From contig NC_059425.1 of assembly GCF_021028975.2 (NCBI RefSeq), forward strand, positions 29,450,001 through 29,514,000: a stretch of 64,000 nt of DNA. The letters run 5' to 3'. The notes beneath the pieces were generated by a model, which made no database searches, was not told the DNA's origin, and saw nothing but the letters and a program-made list of their open reading frames with translations. Positions within the stretch are counted from its first letter, which is position 1. Every line of letters begins with the position of its first letter. The position numbers and the translations under genes are program-made. The stretch comes from Sphaerodactylus townsendi. Taxonomy: Eukaryota. Shown here piece after piece: positions 58,811 through 64,000 of the stretch.

Positions 58811-60175
58811 AAAAAAGTTCTGCAGGTCTACAAGTGGTGGCAGAAAAATGTTGCTGTTCACAGTGTCATGCAGTGCTTGCTGTTTGTTTCTTCTAAGTCT
58901 CAGACAGCTCCCTAAGCACCGCTAGTGGGAATCCTGGCAACGTGCTTGTCAAAGATGCGGCGAGGGCAAACCCACAATTAAGAATATAGTGGTTGTAGGT
59001 GGCCTGTGCTTGTGCAAAGAGGTGCTTGGACTCAAGGGTCAAAGATTGGAAAGGGACACATTGGCGCCTTGCTGGGAGGCAGCGGAAGGGGCTGGACAGA
59101 TGGTGCAGTAGGAGGGGAGTGACCAGAGCTTTGAATTAACAGGGCTGAGATCATCCCTGGCCCATAATGAGCCCACTAAGTGCTTCCCATCTTGGGTAAT
59201 GATGTGCAAGAATGAATAAATAATGGGAGATGGGCCAGCAGGGGCTGCTAATCGCTGTTCCTGGGGGAGATGAATGGGACAGGGAAAGAGGAGAGGCGTG
59301 TGTTAACCTGCTTTGCTGGCCCCATTCATAAAATCAGAGCAGCTGGTTCCTGCCTCAGCTTGCAGGGAAAGGGATGGGGCTTCTGGATTCTCTATAGCAT
59401 GGGTAATGGAGTCCGTTTCGACAGGGAGGCGCACAAAGAGATGATCGACCCGGAGTAGGAGTATTGGTGTGTTCCTCGTACTTGGAGATGGTCCTACTGC
59501 AGGGCAAGGAGATAATTTATTAGTGAAAAGAGATCCTCCGGAAGTCCTCACATGAAATAAATGGGAGGTGCAGCAGTCCTTTTGTTTCAATGTGGTCTGA
59601 GCAACAGGACTTGGGTGGATTGGGGGGCCCATGATAATTTGGAGGGGAAAAGGTGCCAATTGGATTTTCTATCTTGAGCCAGCCTGCGCATAATCTCTCA
59701 TCATTTCTCCATAAACTCCCTGTCCTTCTTTTACATTTTTTTACCCAACTCTTCTTTTTAGGTTCTCTCTTGCCTCCTCTTTATCCTTGCAAGAAATTGT
59801 ATTACTTAGGCTAGGCTGAGAAAGAGTCACTGGCCAAATCAGGATCTTTCCAATTCTGGTTCAACTCTCTTATCACTGTTCCTAAGCTTCCCAAACTGTG
59901 GCCCAGAAGTCCTCTCTAACAACAGAGGATGTGTCCTCCTCAAGCTCTTTTGGCTAATGTTAAAATAGAATCCTCTAATTTTTCTAGGAATTGAGCTGAG
60001 TGTCTCTGGCTCAGGAGAAGGGGATGGGATCAAGTTCCCCCTTATGAAGGTTACCTCCAGCTGCAGGTTCCTGTGTCACTTTGGGGCACTAGCCTACTAA
60101 TGTTCTGATTGGTTATCACTAACTCAGTTCTAGGAGCTCTATTTGTTTGAGTGGCAGTGGCGCTACTTACTAGAG

Positions 60176-60425
60176 AGCCAACTAGGTGTAGTGATTGGGA
60201 GCAGCAGAACCAGGTTTGATTCCCTACTCCTCTACGTGAGAGGCAGACTCTAATCTGGTAAATTGGATTTATTTCCCTGCTCTTCCACATGAAGCCTGCT
60301 TGGTGCCCTTGAGCTAGTCACAGTTTTCTTCAAACACTCTCACCCCCACCTACCTCACAAGGTGTCTATTGTAGTGAGAGGAAAGGAAAGGAGTTTGCAA
60401 GCCACCATGAGACAAAGGGGTGGGG
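60176..60425 (+). mobile_element. Squam3-like SINE abutting a gap
   Basis: ggtgtagtga head; ggtttgattccc; ccccacctacctcacaagg. Confidence 0.8.
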
Positions 60426-60865
60426 NNNNNNNNNNNNNNNNNNNNNNNNNNNNNNNNNNNNNNNNNNNNNNNNNNNNNNNNNNNNNNNNNNNNNNNNNNN
60501 NNNNNNNNNNNNNNNNNNNNNNNNNNNNNNNNNNNNNNNNNNNNNNNNNNNNNNNNNNNNNNNNNNNNNNNNNNNNNNNNNNNNNNNNNNNNNNNNNNNN
60601 NNNNNNNNNNNNNNNNNNNNNNNNNNNNNNNNNNNNNNNNNNNNNNNNNNNNNNNNNNNNNNNNNNNNNNNNNNNNNNNNNNNNNNNNNNNNNNNNNNNN
60701 NNNNNNNNNNNNNNNNNNNNNNNNNNNNNNNNNNNNNNNNNNNNNNNNNNNNNNNNNNNNNNNNNNNNNNNNNNNNNNNNNNNNNNNNNNNNNNNNNNNN
60801 NNNNNNNNNNNNNNNNNNNNNNNNNNNNNNNNNNNNNNNNNNNNNNNNNNNNNNNNNNNNNNNNN
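60426..60865. other. Assembly gap
   Basis: N run. Confidence 1.
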
Positions 60866-61190
60866 TTTACATTTAGTGACAATTTTAACAGTTGTGACTG
60901 AATTATGACAACACTCTGGGCTTCCCTTAATTAATTCTGTTTTCTCTTTAGCACCCTTCGACACCTACACTATTGTGTTTGCAATCAGTATTTTAAGTGC
61001 AGTAAAGTGTGACTTAGTTTTCCTCACATTTCACTGGTACTGGTGGATGAAACTGATGATCTAGTATGAACTGTAGATTGCAAGTATGGAAATGGGGTTG
61101 CAGGTAATCCAGTTTAACTAATATAGAATAGCTATGTGAACTTATTACAGCATGTGGCATCAGAAAGCAAGGGGAAGGAGAGATAATAAC

Positions 61191-61265
61191 ATTTTATTTA
61201 TTTATTTATTTATTTATTGAATTTTTATACCGCCCCATCCCCGAAGGGCTCTGGGCGGTGTACAA
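61191..61265 (-). mobile_element. L2 3' tail with (TAAA)n
   Basis: (ttta)n then ataccgcccc..ccccgaagggctctgggcggtg, the same terminal stem-loop as the 6137 element. Confidence 0.8.
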
Positions 61266-61732
61266 TACAAAAGAACAACATAATCAATTAAAACATTTCT
61301 CCTTGTCTTTAGCGATTCTTGAGAGTTGAGAGTACCTTGGCATACATTATCTTGGAAATCTTTGCAGCAACCCACATTCTGGAGCTGGGAAGTCTGAGGA
61401 GACAGTGGCCTCCAAAGACACTTAAAGAGTTTGTGGCAGTGGTAGGATTTGAATCTGGGATGTTTAGGTCACAGCTCATGACTGGGCCACCAAAAGGGGA
61501 AGTAGGAAGACGGGGACTCTGGCCACCCGGGCAGGGAGGCGTAATGCAGAGCAAAGCATGTGATTTGCTTCCTTGTGATATTTGCATTGGTTCAGGGTGG
61601 TATGTAGATGTGGGTGTGTGCAGAAGGATACTGTCTGGGGCCTGGGGTGGTTCTTGATGGTCCTGAGTCACTAACATTGGTTTGCTGTCTTCTGACTTAC
61701 AAAATCACAAGGGAAGATTTGGTGGCTACATC

Positions 61733-61868
61733 CAGTGGTGGGATTCAGCAGGTTCGCACCACTTCAGCAGAACCGGTTGTTAACATGGTGCTTGTAATCA
61801 ACCAATTGTTAAATTATTTGAATCCCACCACCGGAACCGATTGTTAAATTATTTGAATCCCACCACTG
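61733..61868. mobile_element. hAT MITE with duplicated right end
   Basis: TIR CAGTGGTGGGATTCA / TGAATCCCACCACTG; perfect TSD GCTACATC. Confidence 0.9.
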
Positions 61869-63059
61869 GCTACATCTAAGGCACCTGTTTATTATCTGAT
61901 ACCCAGTCTCTCCCTGTTTTGGTTGCAACAGAGGGAGGGGATATAGAAGAGGCCACAGGTACCACGGTTGCACATTTCCATCTGTTGTAAATCTCCCCTA
62001 CCACTTCTAGCTGGTGCATTGAGGACGTTCTTCCCCTCCCCACCCCCTATTGCTGCCACACGTCATCCCTGCCTTAGGGTGGAGTGGTGGGGTGACCTTA
62101 ATGTACACTGCTGTTTGTAGAATGATAGACTGGGGTATACATGCAATGCTGGCTCTCTGCCTACGTCGCTTCATCTGCTTGTCACAGGGGGCCTCATTTT
62201 GGGCTCTTGTCTGCATAGCCCATCTTCCCAAGGCATTCTTGGTTGCTGTATTTCAGGATGTTGCTGAGCAAACAGGGACTGTTTGAAGAAGTGTTTGCAG
62301 ATGGGGCACCGTCTCCCTGGAGCAAAGGGGGGGCGGGGTGTACTTCCCCTTCTTCCCTAGTAGCCGCTTGAAAGATGTGCTATTGTTGGAATAGAGAGTT
62401 TAGGCAACTGAACTGGAGCTTGGTTAAAGCTGGAACTTGCTGGGATATTTTTTACAGCAGCTGATCTCTTCATGGAACATGCAGATGGATCCAACCCGTA
62501 GTTCTTATTGGATTCATACACCACAGCTAGATTATTTCAGTGGCAGTGGGTAAAACTCCTTTAATAATCCTGAACAAATACACAGAAGGAAAGATCTTGA
62601 AGATCTTGGAAAAGCATCCATCATACCCCAGTTACAACTGCAGTCTCTTTGTCAAATGGAAGTTTACAGAAATATTTGAATGATCTTTTTAGGTTTTTAT
62701 CTGTGTTTTTGCGGAGGGGTTAGGCTTAGGGAAGGGTGCTTCAAAACTTCGTTTGCCTTTAGGGACTGACTTTCAAAACATTGCTGCTGAAAATTGCTAG
62801 ATGGGGATATTCCTCAGATTTCTGAAGCTCCCACATGGACTCTGAAGCAATCAAGCTAGGTAGTTGGTTTTGTTCTTTTAGATTCTGTCTCAAAGGAAGA
62901 CAATCAGAGCCCTAGAAGTCACATCCATCCCTCAAATTGCTTACTGTCAGGAGCATCTGCTCATTGGGTTGGGTATCAGCTAGTAAATGATGCTTCTGAA
63001 AAATTGTTAAGCATTTGAGATTCCAGGATGAGAGTGGGAGAGAGTGCCACTTAATGGAA

Positions 63060-63320
63060 GCCAGTATTGTATGGTGATTGTTAAGAGCAGTGGACTCTAA
63101 TCTGGTGAATCAGGTTTGATTCTCTGCTCCTACACATGAAGCCTGCTGAGTGGCCTTGGGCTAATCACAGAACTCTCTCAGCCCCACCTACCTCATAAGG
63201 TGTTTATTGTGGGGAGGGGAAAGGAAGGTGATTGTAAGCCATTTTGAGACACCTTACAGGAGAGAAAAGAGGGGTATAAATCCAAACTCCTCCTCCTGTT
63301 CATCTTCTTTGTCTTCATCA
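63060..63320 (+). mobile_element. Squam3-like SINE
   Basis: gttaagagcagtggactctaatctgg; ctcagccccacctacctca; ataaatccaaactcctcc tail. Confidence 0.85.
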
Positions 63321-64000
63321 CCGTCTGTCTGCCGTGGAGGGTTTGAATTCCCAGCACCCCAGGGAAGGTGGAGATCCAGATGTGGTTGGTCTCAAACCTT
63401 GCTCACAGATGTTCCACCTCTCTTTTTCATTCTTGTTTTAATGTTTCTTTATTGGTAAGTTTTTGAAGTGTTTATTGTTTTATTGTTTCAGTTTGAGTGA
63501 TATAAACCATTTGGGGAGTCGAAAGAGCTAGATATTCAGTGAACTGGGTAGATAGAAAAGGGGTGTATAGACTGCCTCTCAAGAGGCCTGCCTAAAATAT
63601 ACTTCATACAATATTATAATGGATGAAACACTAGAAATTCTGTGACTAGATCTCCATTCCTCCCCCAAATATACATTTGTTACATGGGAGTTAGGAGGCA
63701 GGTGCTTAATGTTTCCCCCGGACACACAACTGTTCCTACCTGTCAAACAACTGTTGCCTCACTGGGGGTACACATACAGGCAATGTGCAATTGAGGATGA
63801 GAGAGAAGACCGATCTAAGGCTCGCTGGGTGTGGACCTTCAAACAGCCGGATCCCTGCCTGGTAAATTAATCTTTATCCAAAGCTGAGCTCAATTTAAAT
63901 CAAAAGGCCAGTGTCTCATGGAGGAAGGGAGGGAGGGATGAAAGGGGGGTGGGAGAGAGAAGATAATCCATTAAGGTCTGCCTATAGCTCACAGAGGGGA

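Overview
Vertebrate genomic DNA, inferred to be squamate and probably gecko from its SINE repertoire (MIR-derived Squam3-like, Sauria-like, 5S-headed). It has four N-gaps. Two + strand genes are present: RAB10 coding exons 2-6 with 3'UTR (4705-~28700) and GAREM2 exons 1-2 with a CpG island (42103-54279), in the same order as human 2p23. RAB10 intron 4 holds a full-length DIRS1-type tyrosine-recombinase retrotransposon (19134-24790) with non-identical ITRs, an internal complementary region (ICR) and gag, RT/RNaseH/methylase and recombinase ORFs. The rest is LINE fragments (L2, CR1, Rex1/Babar, RTE, R4/Dong), Penelope-like remnants with hammerhead ribozyme motifs, SINEs and many MITEs including SPIN. 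The best candidate for something undescribed is a CpG-rich, structured block in RAB10 intron 5. It contains a phase-0/phase-0 117-nt candidate exon (25671-25787) with promoter motifs. It would give either a RAB10 isoform with a 39-aa basic insert in the hypervariable tail, or a 64-aa microprotein carrying only RAB10's CC-prenylation tail. All repeat family names come from recalled motifs, not database searches.
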